The translations under genes and the position numbers were made by a program. A stretch of DNA of 32,000 nucleotides from Edaphobacter aggregans (lineage in GTDB: Bacteria; Acidobacteriota; Terriglobia; Terriglobales; Acidobacteriaceae). The notes below the pieces were generated by a model. That model saw only the letters and a list, made by a program, of their open reading frames with translations. It ran no database searches and was not told where the DNA came from. The DNA lies in contig NZ_RSDW01000001.1 of NCBI RefSeq assembly GCF_003945235.1, positions 3,720,001-3,752,000 on the forward strand. The letters run 5' to 3'. Shown piece by piece: positions 1 to 7,930 of this stretch. How positions within the stretch are numbered: the first letter of the stretch is position 1; every line of letters starts with the position of its first letter.

Positions 1-449
1 ATACGAATCAGTTGTGGGGGTTGGCTTGGGGCGCTCTGGTGTTTGGGGAGTTGGCGGGGGCGGACCGGTCGCATAAGCTGCTGGTGGTTGGCGGGTCGGT
101 GATGATGATTCTGGGGGCGCTGGCGATTTGTACGGCGGTGGCTTCGGCGAAGGAGATGAGCTCGACCAATGAGGCTGTGTTGCGGGAGTGCGACCGGTAT
201 GGGATGGATTACAACCGCACGCTGCTGGCTCAGGCGGGCGATGAGTTTGGCGGGGCGGGGGAGAAGCGGCGGTGGTGGGATTATGCGATCGTGCTGGTTG
301 CTACTGGGGTGTTTGTGACGTTGGGAGTGCGGGCGGTTGTGCCTCCGCTGGAGATGGATTTGAAGTGGGTTGGGGCGCTGGGTGCTGTGTTGGTTGTTAG
401 TTTGGGGTTGGGGGGATGGAGCCTTTGGCGGCGGACCCGGTTTTCTTAG
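1..449 (+). CDS. Integral membrane protein, C-terminal fragment (gene begins upstream of the window); possibly a DMT/GRP-type sugar transporter
   Basis: The frame is open from the window edge (codons phased from nt 3) to TAG 447-449. It has four hydrophobic helices (WGLAWGALVFGEL, LLVVGGSVMMILGALAICTAV, YAIVLVATGVFVTLGV, ALGAVLVVSLGLGGW). The FGE-ending helix recalls GRP/DMT sugar porters, but that family call is from memory only. Confidence 0.5.
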   Translation, partial: TNQLWGLAWGALVFGELAGADRSHKLLVVGGSVMMILGALAICTAVASAKEMSSTNEAVLRECDRYGMDYNRTLLAQAGDEFGGAGEKRRWWDYAIVLVATGVFVTLGVRAVVPPLEMDLKWVGALGAVLVVSLGLGGWSLWRRTRFS

Positions 450-475
450 GGATGTAGTAAGGATTTAGTCGCTAC

Positions 476-559
476 GTCCTTCGGACTTCGCTCCGGCCTT
501 CGGGAGAGCGGTGGGCCGCCTTTGGCGGCGCTTTTGAGACCCGAGGCTGGAGCCTCGGG
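476..559. other. Cluster of four short GC-rich hairpins (REP-like structured element) just downstream of the truncated membrane-protein gene
   Basis: Hairpins read directly: GTCC-TTC-GGAC (476-486), CTCC-N8-GGAG (491-506), GCCGCC-TTT-GGCGGC (515-529), and CCCGAGGC-TGGA-GCCTCGGG (540-559, perfect 8-bp stem). The motif CTTCG-GA-CTTCGCTC (479-493) recurs as CTTCGCTTCGCTC at 651-663. Confidence 0.6.
515..536 (+). terminator. Weak candidate intrinsic terminator for the + strand membrane-protein gene
   Basis: A 6-bp GC-only stem GCCGCC/GGCGGC with a 3-nt loop is followed by GCTTTTG. It starts 65 nt after the stop at 449. The stem is short and there are only four T. Confidence 0.3.
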
Positions 560-565
560 GTACCT

Positions 566-640
566 AGAAGCAAGGGCAAAGGCAAAAATAAGAACAAGGG
601 CAACAGCAAGAACAAAAGCAACAGCAAGAACAAAAGCCAA
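566..640 (+). repeat. T-depleted (A-R-N)n low-complexity tract containing a perfect 18-bp tandem duplication
   Basis: Phased from nt 566, 21 of 24 consecutive triplets are A-R-N; the other three are GGC. There is a single T (nt 589) in 75 nt. CAACAGCAAGAACAAAAG occurs at 601-618 and again at 619-636. Confidence 0.9.
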
Positions 641-670
641 TGCGGGGGTTCTTCGCTTCGCTCAGAATGA

Positions 671-716
671 CAAACAAAAACAAAAACAAAAACAAAAACA
701 ACGGCAACGGCAAAAG
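671..716 (+). repeat. Hexanucleotide microsatellite (CAAAAA)n/(CAACGG)n, second (A-R-N)n tract
   Basis: The sequence is CAAA, then CAAAAA x4 (675-698), then CAACGG x2 (699-710), then CAAAAG, with no T at all. Phased from nt 673, 13 of 15 triplets are A-R-N. Confidence 0.9.
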
Positions 717-784
717 AGAAATGCAGGGATTTTTCCCCCTTCGACCATGGTCAGGGTCAGAAGGACGGCGTTCCTGTTTTCGAA

Positions 785-3424
785 TTATTCGGTGCGGAGG
801 ATGATGACTGGGTCGGTTTGTAGGGCGTGGATTACGGGTGGGAGTGCGGCTAATACGGCGGCGGCGAGGATTGTCAGCGATGGGAGTATGAGCATTGCTG
901 GGTCGGTGGCTTTGACTTGGTAGAAGAGGGTCTCGATGTATCGCACGGATGCCATGCCGAGGGTTAGGCCGGCGATGGCTCCGATGAGCACCATGGAGAA
1001 GACGCGGGCGGTTACGAGTCGGGCTATGACGCTGCGCTGTGCGCCGATTGCCATGCGGATGCCGATCTCGCGTTGGCGTTGCAATACTGAGTAGTTGAGG
1101 ACGCCGTAGAGGCCGATGCCTGCGAGTAAGAGTGCGACGGCAGCGAAGAAGAGTCCCAGCATGGCCAGAAGGCGCTCGCGGACGGTTTGGGCGCGGACCA
1201 GTTCGGCCTGGGTGCGGATGTTGCTGACGCGGAAGTCGGCGCGGGCCCGGGGGACTTCCTGACGGAGGACAGGCGCGAGTGCGAGGGGATTTGCGCTGGA
1301 GGTTCGGATGAGGAAGGTACCGCTGGTTGTGAGTATGGGTGCGCCTTTGGCGTCGACCTGGTGGAAGGGGACGTAGGCTGTGGGAAGGATCGGCTCGCGC
1401 AGGCTGCGGTAGGGGGCGTCGCGGACGAGGGCTACAACCTCGTAACGGTTGTTTCCTTTGCCGAAGAATTTTCCGACGGGATTTTCGCCGTTGAAGTAGG
1501 TCTTCGCGAAGGTATCGTTGACGATGGCGGCGCCGGGTGAGGTGTCGGTTATGCGGAGGTCGCGGCCGTCCAGAAAGGGAATCTTCATGGTGCTGGTCCA
1601 GCCGGGGGAGACGGGCAGGAAGTAGGCGAGATCAGGACTTGTGATGACGCCGTTGATTGCGATGAAGCCGTTCCATGAGTTACCTCCGAGCAGAGGCCAG
1701 CCTGAGAGGGCTACTGCTTCGACGCCGGGGACTGAGCGAAGATCGTCGGCTACCTGATCCCAGAAGACTGGTGGTTGTGCGTGGTGGGCCACGGTTTCGA
1801 GGAGGAGAAGGCGGTCGGTGGAGAAACCCATGGGACGGTTAGAAAGACGGTTGAAGGTTGCCACGAAGAGTCCCGCGACGAAGACGACGAGGAAGCAGAA
1901 GGCTACCTGGACGGCGATCATGCTGTGCATGAGACGGCGGCGTGAGTGTGGGTCGTCTCCGCCTTTGAGTGCGCTGACTGGTTTGACCGCTGAGGCTCGC
2001 AATGCGGGGAGAAGGCCGAAGAGGAGCATTACGCAGAAGATGAGGACGAGGCCGAAGATGGCGACGTGCCAGTCTGCGGGGAGAATGAGGTGAGCTGGGT
2101 TGTCGGGTGGGTTGATCATGCTGACGACGAAGGGTGCGGACCACCAGGCGAAGAATGCTCCGATGATGGCCGCGAAGAAGGCAAGCAGGGCGCTTTCGAC
2201 GAGGACCATTTGGACGAGGCGCCAACGACCTGCTCCGATGGAGACGCGGAGGGCCATCTCACGTGATCGGGCTGCGGCGAGGGCGGTCATCAGGTTGGCG
2301 ACGTTTGCGCATGCGATGAGCAGCACGAGTGCTACGAGCACACCGATGGCTCCGAGTGCACGGCGGTAGTCGCGTTGGAGATTGGAAGCTCCGGTGGCTG
2401 CGGGTTCGAGGACGAGGGTTTGATCGATGAAGCGATCGATAAGCTCCTTCTTGATGCCGGTGAAGCCTTTGGCTCGCTCACGCTCGAAGGCACGGCTGGT
2501 TGTGTTTAGTTGCTGGCGAAGGGGCTCGGTGGGGATGCCGGGTTTCACGATGGCCAAGGTGCGGTGCCAGGTTGTGTCGGAGCGCGTGACCGAGGGGTGC
2601 ATCATCGTGGGCAGGAAGATGTCGGTGATGGTGCCGGGTTCGGTGCCGGTGAAGGGCTGCTCGGAGACGCCGATGATCTCGTAGAGGGTGTCGCCCATGC
2701 GCAGGGTGCGGCCGATTATTTTGGGGTCGCGACCGAAGCGATGTGTCCAGTAGTCGTAAGAGATGACGACGTAGGGGTTGGCGTTGGGCTTGCGGTCGTC
2801 GTCTTCGGTGAAGAGCCTGCCTAATGCAGGGTGGAGACCGAAGGAGTCAAACATCCAGCCGGAGACGTATTGGATGTAGGCCTTCTCGGTCTCTTGATCG
2901 GAGCTGTAGGTGAGGTCCATCCGCTGAGCGTAGGAGACGGCGATTAGCTCGGCCTGATTTTTTGTTGCGGCGCGCATCAGTTGGAAATCCGGGTAGGCCC
3001 AGCCGTCGAAGGTGTTGGGTTTGCCATCGAAGCCAGTTCCCTGACGAGCGAGCTCGTAGAGATGATTGGCGTTGGCGACGGGGAGGGGTCGCAGGAAGAG
3101 TGCGTCGATGAGGCGGAAGGCTGAGGTGCAGGCTCCGGTTGCGAGGGCGAGTGAGAGGATGGCTGTGGCGGAGGTTATCTTGTTGCGCTTGAGTTGGCGC
3201 CAGCCGAAGACGATGTCGGCGCGGAGAGAGTCGAGCCAGGGGATGAGGCGGATGTTGCGGCTGGTTTCGCGCTGGTGGAGGGTGGGGCCGAAGGCTCGGC
3301 GGGCTTCGATGGGGTCGCGGCCTTCGGCGATCGCTTCTTCGATGTGGGACTGGAACTCTTCGTCGAGCTCGCGGTTCAGATGGTCGCCGCGAAGTGTGTT
3401 GGCGATACGCGACCAGAACGACAT
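785..3424 (-). CDS. ADOP-family duplicated orphan permease (two MacB/FtsX-like permease modules, no ATPase domain)
   Basis: The N-terminus MSFWSRIANTLRG...LDEEFQSHIEEAI is followed by a TM helix, a large periplasmic domain and a 3-TM FtsX-like bundle, and this pattern occurs twice. No Walker motifs are present. I prefer the ATG at 3424 (second Met of the ORF) because it lies 1 nt after the PadR stop (TGAgATG). Confidence 0.85.
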   Translation of the reverse strand: MSFWSRIANTLRGDHLNRELDEEFQSHIEEAIAEGRDPIEARRAFGPTLHQRETSRNIRLIPWLDSLRADIVFGWRQLKRNKITSATAILSLALATGACTSAFRLIDALFLRPLPVANANHLYELARQGTGFDGKPNTFDGWAYPDFQLMRAATKNQAELIAVSYAQRMDLTYSSDQETEKAYIQYVSGWMFDSFGLHPALGRLFTEDDDRKPNANPYVVISYDYWTHRFGRDPKIIGRTLRMGDTLYEIIGVSEQPFTGTEPGTITDIFLPTMMHPSVTRSDTTWHRTLAIVKPGIPTEPLRQQLNTTSRAFERERAKGFTGIKKELIDRFIDQTLVLEPAATGASNLQRDYRRALGAIGVLVALVLLIACANVANLMTALAAARSREMALRVSIGAGRWRLVQMVLVESALLAFFAAIIGAFFAWWSAPFVVSMINPPDNPAHLILPADWHVAIFGLVLIFCVMLLFGLLPALRASAVKPVSALKGGDDPHSRRRLMHSMIAVQVAFCFLVVFVAGLFVATFNRLSNRPMGFSTDRLLLLETVAHHAQPPVFWDQVADDLRSVPGVEAVALSGWPLLGGNSWNGFIAINGVITSPDLAYFLPVSPGWTSTMKIPFLDGRDLRITDTSPGAAIVNDTFAKTYFNGENPVGKFFGKGNNRYEVVALVRDAPYRSLREPILPTAYVPFHQVDAKGAPILTTSGTFLIRTSSANPLALAPVLRQEVPRARADFRVSNIRTQAELVRAQTVRERLLAMLGLFFAAVALLLAGIGLYGVLNYSVLQRQREIGIRMAIGAQRSVIARLVTARVFSMVLIGAIAGLTLGMASVRYIETLFYQVKATDPAMLILPSLTILAAAVLAALPPVIHALQTDPVIILRTE

Positions 3425-3425
3425 C

Positions 3426-3755
3426 TCATGCCTCCCGTAGAACGCGATTGATGGCTGCACTTACGGCTTGCCAGCGAGATTCTTCTGCGGATAGCTGCTT
3501 CTTTCCTGTTGCGGTTAGCTCGTACATGCGTGCGCGGCGGCCGGTGTCTTTCGTGATCCATTCGGCGCGAATCCAGCCGGCTTCTTCCATGCGATGGAGG
3601 GCCGGGTAGAGGGAGCCTTCTTCGGCGTTGAGGACGTCGCCGGATGTGTCGCGGATTGCGGACATGATGGCGTAGCCATGGGTGCATGGGCGGCGCGAGA
3701 GGATCTTCAATACAAGCAGATCGAGCGAGCCTTGGAGAGAGTCGGATCGTGGCAT
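3426..3755 (-). CDS. PadR-family transcriptional regulator
   Basis: 109 aa with the winged-helix signature LDLLVLKILSRRPCHGYAI...GSLYPALHRMEEAGWI and a C-terminal coiled helix. It sits directly upstream of, and is translationally adjacent to, the ADOP permease. Confidence 0.9.
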   Translation of the reverse strand: MPRSDSLQGSLDLLVLKILSRRPCTHGYAIMSAIRDTSGDVLNAEEGSLYPALHRMEEAGWIRAEWITKDTGRRARMYELTATGKKQLSAEESRWQAVSAAINRVLREA

Positions 3756-3789
3756 ACTAAGACATCTATATACTAAGACGTCTTAGTAT
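3754..3789. promoter_or_regulatory. Candidate PadR operator: perfect 20-bp palindrome plus a third copy of the 10-mer half-site
   Basis: ATACTAAGAC|GTCTTAGTAT at 3770-3789 is identical to its reverse complement. The half-site ATACTAAGAC recurs at 3754-3763, overlapping the padR start codon (3753-3755). Confidence 0.7.
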
Positions 3790-3796
3790 CTGTCAA
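3767..3796 (-). promoter_or_regulatory. Sigma70-like promoter for the padR-ADOP operon
   Basis: On the minus strand it reads TTGACA (3796-3791), an 18-nt spacer, then TATATA (3772-3767). The spacer is almost entirely the palindromic operator. Only 11 nt separate the -10 box from the ATG, and no SD is visible. Confidence 0.55.
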
Positions 3797-3826
3797 GAAG
3801 AGAGGTCTACGCGCTCTCAGGGATGG

Positions 3827-4408
3827 TTATTGTTTGTAAACGAGCGCTGGGCCGCTTACGCGCTTTCCATGGAGGTCGATATTTACTTCTACACGGTCGG
3901 CTATCTTGATGAAGGGGATGCCGCTGTTCATGCCGTAGTCCTTGCGGTCGAAGGCCATCGTTCCCGTGATAGCGCCTGAGCCAGTTCCCTTGCCGGAGAC
4001 GGTCAGGGTCAGGGTCTCGGGTTTAGAGACTCCGCGAATCGTAAAGGTACCCTGAACGTCAAAGGTGTCCGGGCCGGTCTGAACAACCTTTGTTGAGTGG
4101 AAGGTGATGAGGGGGTCATGTTCGACGTCGAAAAAGTCCTTGCTCTTCAGCTTGCCGTCCTTCATGCCGCTTCCGGTATTGACGGAGGCCGCCTGAATCT
4201 TGACGTCCAAGACGCCTGTTGTGACATCGGGTGAGGTGAAGGTGAGCGTGGCGGCCCACTTTTCGAAGGTGCCGGTCAGGTCGACCGAGGCCTTGACGTG
4301 GAACTTGATCGAGCTATCTTCCGGCGTAATTGTGAAGACAGGAGCCTGTGCCCGGCTCAATGGTGGCAGCACTGTGGATGCCACGAGGCAAAGAATGGCT
4401 AATCGCAT
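3827..4408 (-). CDS. YceI-family periplasmic (polyisoprenoid/lipid-binding) protein
   Basis: It has a Sec signal peptide (MRLAILCLVASTVLPPLSRAQA) followed by YceI-like beta-barrel sequence (IKFHVKASVDLTGTFEKW..., FDVEHDPLITFHS, GTFTIRGVSKP). I prefer the ATG at 4408. The longest ORF starts at a TTG at 4444 with no SD. Confidence 0.8.
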   Translation of the reverse strand: MRLAILCLVASTVLPPLSRAQAPVFTITPEDSSIKFHVKASVDLTGTFEKWAATLTFTSPDVTTGVLDVKIQAASVNTGSGMKDGKLKSKDFFDVEHDPLITFHSTKVVQTGPDTFDVQGTFTIRGVSKPETLTLTVSGKGTGSGAITGTMAFDRKDYGMNSGIPFIKIADRVEVNIDLHGKRVSGPALVYKQ

Positions 4409-4617
4409 GCCGCCGAGTGTCGGCTTTTCCGGCGTTGCTGTCAATTTCAGGATTATGGAAGGACAGGACGAGGTCTGACGGGGCGTCCCGATAGGCGTGG
4501 GGGAGTTAAGTTGAACAATCTAAACCGGGGGCAGCGATCTTCAATGCAGGTTCGAGAAATAGGCAGAATTTGTGACGAAGCTGTGGGATGATGATGCTGC
4601 AGTGAGGGTTAAGCACG

Positions 4618-5640
4618 ATGGCTGTTAGGTTGAAAGATATTGCACGGGATCTTGGGGTCTCGGTGGTGACCGTCTCGAAGGTGCTACGGGGGAATGCCGA
4701 TATTGGCGAGGCGACTCGGCGGCGCGTTCTGAAGAGGATGAAGGAGCTGAATTATCAGCCGAATATGATGGCTCGCGGGCTGGCTAGCGGGCGGACGTAT
4801 ACGGTGGGGTTGGTGGTGCCGGACCTGGTGCATCCGTTCTTTGCTGAGTTTGCGAAGTCGCTGGGCGGGGTACTGCGGACGAGTAAGCGGGCGCTGATTC
4901 TGGCTTCGTCGGAGGAAGACCCGGAGGTGGAGCGGCAGGAGATTCGTACGCTGCTGAGCCGGGGTGTGGATGTTCTGCTGATTGCATCGTGCCAGGCGAA
5001 TCTGCGGAATTTTTATGAGCTGGGGGATGACCGGACTCCTTACCTGTTGTTCGATCGAGATTTTCCGCATCTGGCGGCGCACTTTGTGGGCTCGGACAAT
5101 GTGCAGGTGGGTGAGATGGCGACGAAGCACCTGATCGAGATTGGGCGGACGCGGATTGCGCATATCGGCGGCAAGAATACGAGTCCAGCGTTCGATCGGT
5201 TGCGTGGGTATAAGAATGTTCTGGCGGAGAGTGGGCTTTCGGCGCCGGAGGACTATGTCGTGGTTCGAGAGCGTGTGGAAGAGGCGGGCGATGCGCTGGG
5301 GTTCGAGGCGATGCAGGAGCTGCTGAAGCTAAAGCCGCGGCCGGATGCGGTGTTCTGCTACAACGACCTGACGGCGCTGGGAGCGATGGACGCGACGTTG
5401 AAGGCTGGGCTGCGGGTTCCGGAGGATATTGCGTTTATCGGATGCGGGAATCTGCGGTATGCGAATTATCTGCGGGTTCCGCTGAGCTCGATCGACCATG
5501 GAACGGCGGAGCTGGGGCGGATTGCGGGGGAGTTTGCGCTGGAGCTATCGGCTAAGCCGGAGCAGGAGCCGAAGAGTATTCTTGTGCCGCCTACGCTGGT
5601 GGCGAGGGAGTCCACGGTGGGGGTTTCGGGTGGTAAGTGA
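4618..5640 (+). CDS. LacI-family transcriptional regulator
   Basis: The N-terminal HTH is VRLKDIARDLGVSVVTVSKVLRG...YQPN, followed by a periplasmic-binding-protein-like sugar-binding core. GAGGG lies 9 nt upstream of the ATG. Confidence 0.9.
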   Translation: MAVRLKDIARDLGVSVVTVSKVLRGNADIGEATRRRVLKRMKELNYQPNMMARGLASGRTYTVGLVVPDLVHPFFAEFAKSLGGVLRTSKRALILASSEEDPEVERQEIRTLLSRGVDVLLIASCQANLRNFYELGDDRTPYLLFDRDFPHLAAHFVGSDNVQVGEMATKHLIEIGRTRIAHIGGKNTSPAFDRLRGYKNVLAESGLSAPEDYVVVRERVEEAGDALGFEAMQELLKLKPRPDAVFCYNDLTALGAMDATLKAGLRVPEDIAFIGCGNLRYANYLRVPLSSIDHGTAELGRIAGEFALELSAKPEQEPKSILVPPTLVARESTVGVSGGK

Positions 5641-5645
5641 CGGTA

Positions 5646-7826
5646 ATGAATAAGCGATTTTTGAGTATCCTCGTCCTTCTTGCGGGGGTTGCTCCAGTGT
5701 TTGCGCAACAGGGACCGTACCCGTTTAAAGATCCTGCTCTGCCAGCGGAGAAGAGGATCGATAATCTTCTTTCGTTGATGACGTTCGATGAGAAGATCGA
5801 TTGTCTGGGGACGCGAACGGGTGTGCCTCGTCTTGGGGTTCCGAACTTTGGTAGTTCGGAGGGGATTCATGGGGTCGTTCAGCGAGAGAGCAGGCCCGGG
5901 CGTCCCATGATTACGACGACGCAATTTCCGCAACCTCCTGGTATGGGTGAGTCGTGGGACCCGGAGCTAGTGCGTGAGGCTGGTGGTGTGCAAGGGTACG
6001 AAGCGCGATTCATCACGCAGACGGAAAAGTACAACCGACAGATCCTGATGCTGTGGGGGCCGCAGGCGGATCTTGCGCGGGATCCGCGGTGGGGCAGGAG
6101 CGAAGAGGTCTATGGTGAGGATCCGTTCTTCAATGGAACGATGGTCGTTGCTTTTACAAAGGGGCTGCAAGGGGATGATCCGAAGTATTGGCAGTCGGCG
6201 GCGCTGCTGAAGCACTTTTTGGCGAACAGTAATGAGAACTTCCGGACTAGTTCGTCGTCGGACTTCGATCAGCGACTTTTTTGGGAGTACTACTCGGTTC
6301 CGTTTCGCATGGGCTTTCTGGAGGGCGGTGCGAAAGGTGTGATGGCGTCGTACAACGCCTGGAATGGGACTCCGATGGCTATCAATCCCATTCTCAAGAG
6401 CATTGTTCAGAAGGAGTGGGGCGTCGATGTGCTCTCGAGCGACGGCGGTGCGGTGAAGTTGCTGGTTACTTCGCATAAGCGTTTTGCGAATCAGCAACAA
6501 GCCGTGGTGGCTTGTTTGAAGGCTGGCATTAATCAGTTTCTCGATACGTATAAGGATGAGACGAAGGCGGCGGTGAAGGATGGATTGGTGTCCGAGCGAG
6601 AGATTGATGATCTGCTGCGGCCCAAGTTCAGAGTAACGATTCGGCTGGGATTGCTTGATCCGCCGGAGATGGTTCCTTACGCGAAGATCAAGGATGAGCC
6701 TGAGCCCTGGAACACGGAGAAGGACAAGGCGGTTTCGGAGAAGATGGCGCTTGAGTCGGTTGTGTTGCTCAAGAACGCTAATTCGTTTTTGCCGTTGAAG
6801 AAGGATTCGATTAAGTCGATTGCGGTTATCGGGCCGCTTGCTGATTCGATTCACTGGGACTGGTATGGCGGTACGCCTCCGCATGCGATTACTCCGCTGC
6901 AGGGAATCAAGGATGAAGTGGGGCCGGGGGTTACGGTGAAGTATGCCGCCGATGAGATCGGCAATGCTGCGGTGAATGCGGCGAAGACGTCCGATGTGGC
7001 AGTTGTTGTGGTGGGCAATGATCCGACGTGTGGTCCGGATATGCCGCATGATTGGTATAACTCTGCCGATGGCGGTGGAACGCTGCCGTGCACTGTGCCC
7101 AGCGATGGACGTGAAGGGCGTGATCGCGAGAGTATCACTTTGGCGCAGGAACAGCTGGTCAAGCAGGTGTACGCCGTCAATCCGAAGACCGTGGTGATCC
7201 TGGTCTCGAGCTTTCCGTTTGCGATTAATTGGTCGCAGGCTAATGTTCCGGCGATTTTGCATATGGCGCACTCTTCGCAGGACGAGGGGACGGCGCTGGC
7301 TAAGGTTCTCTTTGGCGGTTACAACCCCGGTGGGCGATTAGTGACGACTTGGCCGAAGTCGGTGGAGCAATTGCCGCCGATGATGGACTACGACGTTCGC
7401 CATGGCCGTACGTATATGTACTTCAAGGGTGATCCGCTTTATCCATTTGGTTATGGCTTGAGTTATACGACCTTCGGTTACTCGAATTTGAAGACGAGTT
7501 CCAAAGAGTTGGCGAGTGACGGAAGCGTTACGGTCAGCGTAGATGTGACGAACACAGGTAGCCAGACGGGCGATGAAGTGGTGCAGCTTTATGTGAAGCA
7601 TCCGAAGTCGAAGGTCGAGCGGCCGGGTGAAGAGCTCAAGGGTTTCCAGCGCGTTACGTTGAAACCGAACGAGACGAAGACGGTGCAGATTCCGCTGAAA
7701 GCGTCGACGCTCGCTTACTGGGACGAGAAGCAGGGACGATTCAAGGTCGAAGCGGAACCGGTAAGCGTGATGGTCGGAAGCTCTTCGAAGGACATCAAGC
7801 TGACCACGGAAGTCCGTGTTCCATAG
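5646..7826 (+). CDS. Secreted glycoside hydrolase family 3 (beta-glucosidase/beta-xylosidase-like) with C-terminal Fn3-like domain
   Basis: Signal peptide MNKRFLSILVLLAGVAPVFAQ. GH3 motifs are GPQADLARDPRWGR, LKHFLANS, and an SD-containing nucleophile region VLSSDGGAV. The C-terminal sequence GDEVVQLYV is typical of the Fn3-like domain. It starts 5 nt after the lacI-type gene stop; an alternative GTG at 5637 would overlap that stop. Confidence 0.9.
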   Translation: MNKRFLSILVLLAGVAPVFAQQGPYPFKDPALPAEKRIDNLLSLMTFDEKIDCLGTRTGVPRLGVPNFGSSEGIHGVVQRESRPGRPMITTTQFPQPPGMGESWDPELVREAGGVQGYEARFITQTEKYNRQILMLWGPQADLARDPRWGRSEEVYGEDPFFNGTMVVAFTKGLQGDDPKYWQSAALLKHFLANSNENFRTSSSSDFDQRLFWEYYSVPFRMGFLEGGAKGVMASYNAWNGTPMAINPILKSIVQKEWGVDVLSSDGGAVKLLVTSHKRFANQQQAVVACLKAGINQFLDTYKDETKAAVKDGLVSEREIDDLLRPKFRVTIRLGLLDPPEMVPYAKIKDEPEPWNTEKDKAVSEKMALESVVLLKNANSFLPLKKDSIKSIAVIGPLADSIHWDWYGGTPPHAITPLQGIKDEVGPGVTVKYAADEIGNAAVNAAKTSDVAVVVVGNDPTCGPDMPHDWYNSADGGGTLPCTVPSDGREGRDRESITLAQEQLVKQVYAVNPKTVVILVSSFPFAINWSQANVPAILHMAHSSQDEGTALAKVLFGGYNPGGRLVTTWPKSVEQLPPMMDYDVRHGRTYMYFKGDPLYPFGYGLSYTTFGYSNLKTSSKELASDGSVTVSVDVTNTGSQTGDEVVQLYVKHPKSKVERPGEELKGFQRVTLKPNETKTVQIPLKASTLAYWDEKQGRFKVEAEPVSVMVGSSSKDIKLTTEVRVP

Positions 7827-7930
7827 TCCCACAGATGTGTTCTGACGGAATTATTTGACTCTTTTGCTTGGGTGCTACTCCGCGGATTTGCAGCGTGGCG
7901 AATTCAGCTGGAATCGTCTATGCTTCGGCA

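Noticed and set aside
601-716. Possibility that the tandem repeats are a CRISPR array
   Set aside because: The repeats are 6-18 bp and directly abutting, with no unique spacers. No cas genes are in the window.
738-775. GGTCAGGGTCAGAAGGACGGCG, which superficially resembles the SRP (4.5S) RNA domain IV sequence GGUCAGGUCCGGAAGGAAGCAGC
   Set aside because: There is no GGAA tetraloop or complementary strand to form the conserved helix 8, and no 5'/3' closing helix. The context is a repeat element, so the resemblance is probably coincidental.
446-923. ORFs 522-923 (+, contains KQKQKQKQRQRQ) and 446-640 (-, VAFVLAVAL repeats)
   Set aside because: They are translations of the simple-sequence repeats in the convergent intergenic region and of the antisense of the ADOP 3' end. 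There is no SD, and their periodicity is that of the DNA repeat, not of a protein.
4445-4617. Search for a LacI-type palindrome upstream of the lacI-GH3 pair
   Set aside because: I found no convincing dyad there. GTTGAACAATCTAAAC is not self-complementary, so no operator is reported.
5967-7271. 434-aa minus-strand ORF inside the GH3 gene
   Set aside because: It is antisense to a strongly supported GH3 gene. Its R/H/L/P/N-rich, low-complexity composition is typical of the reverse frame of a GC-rich gene, and no recognisable motifs are present.
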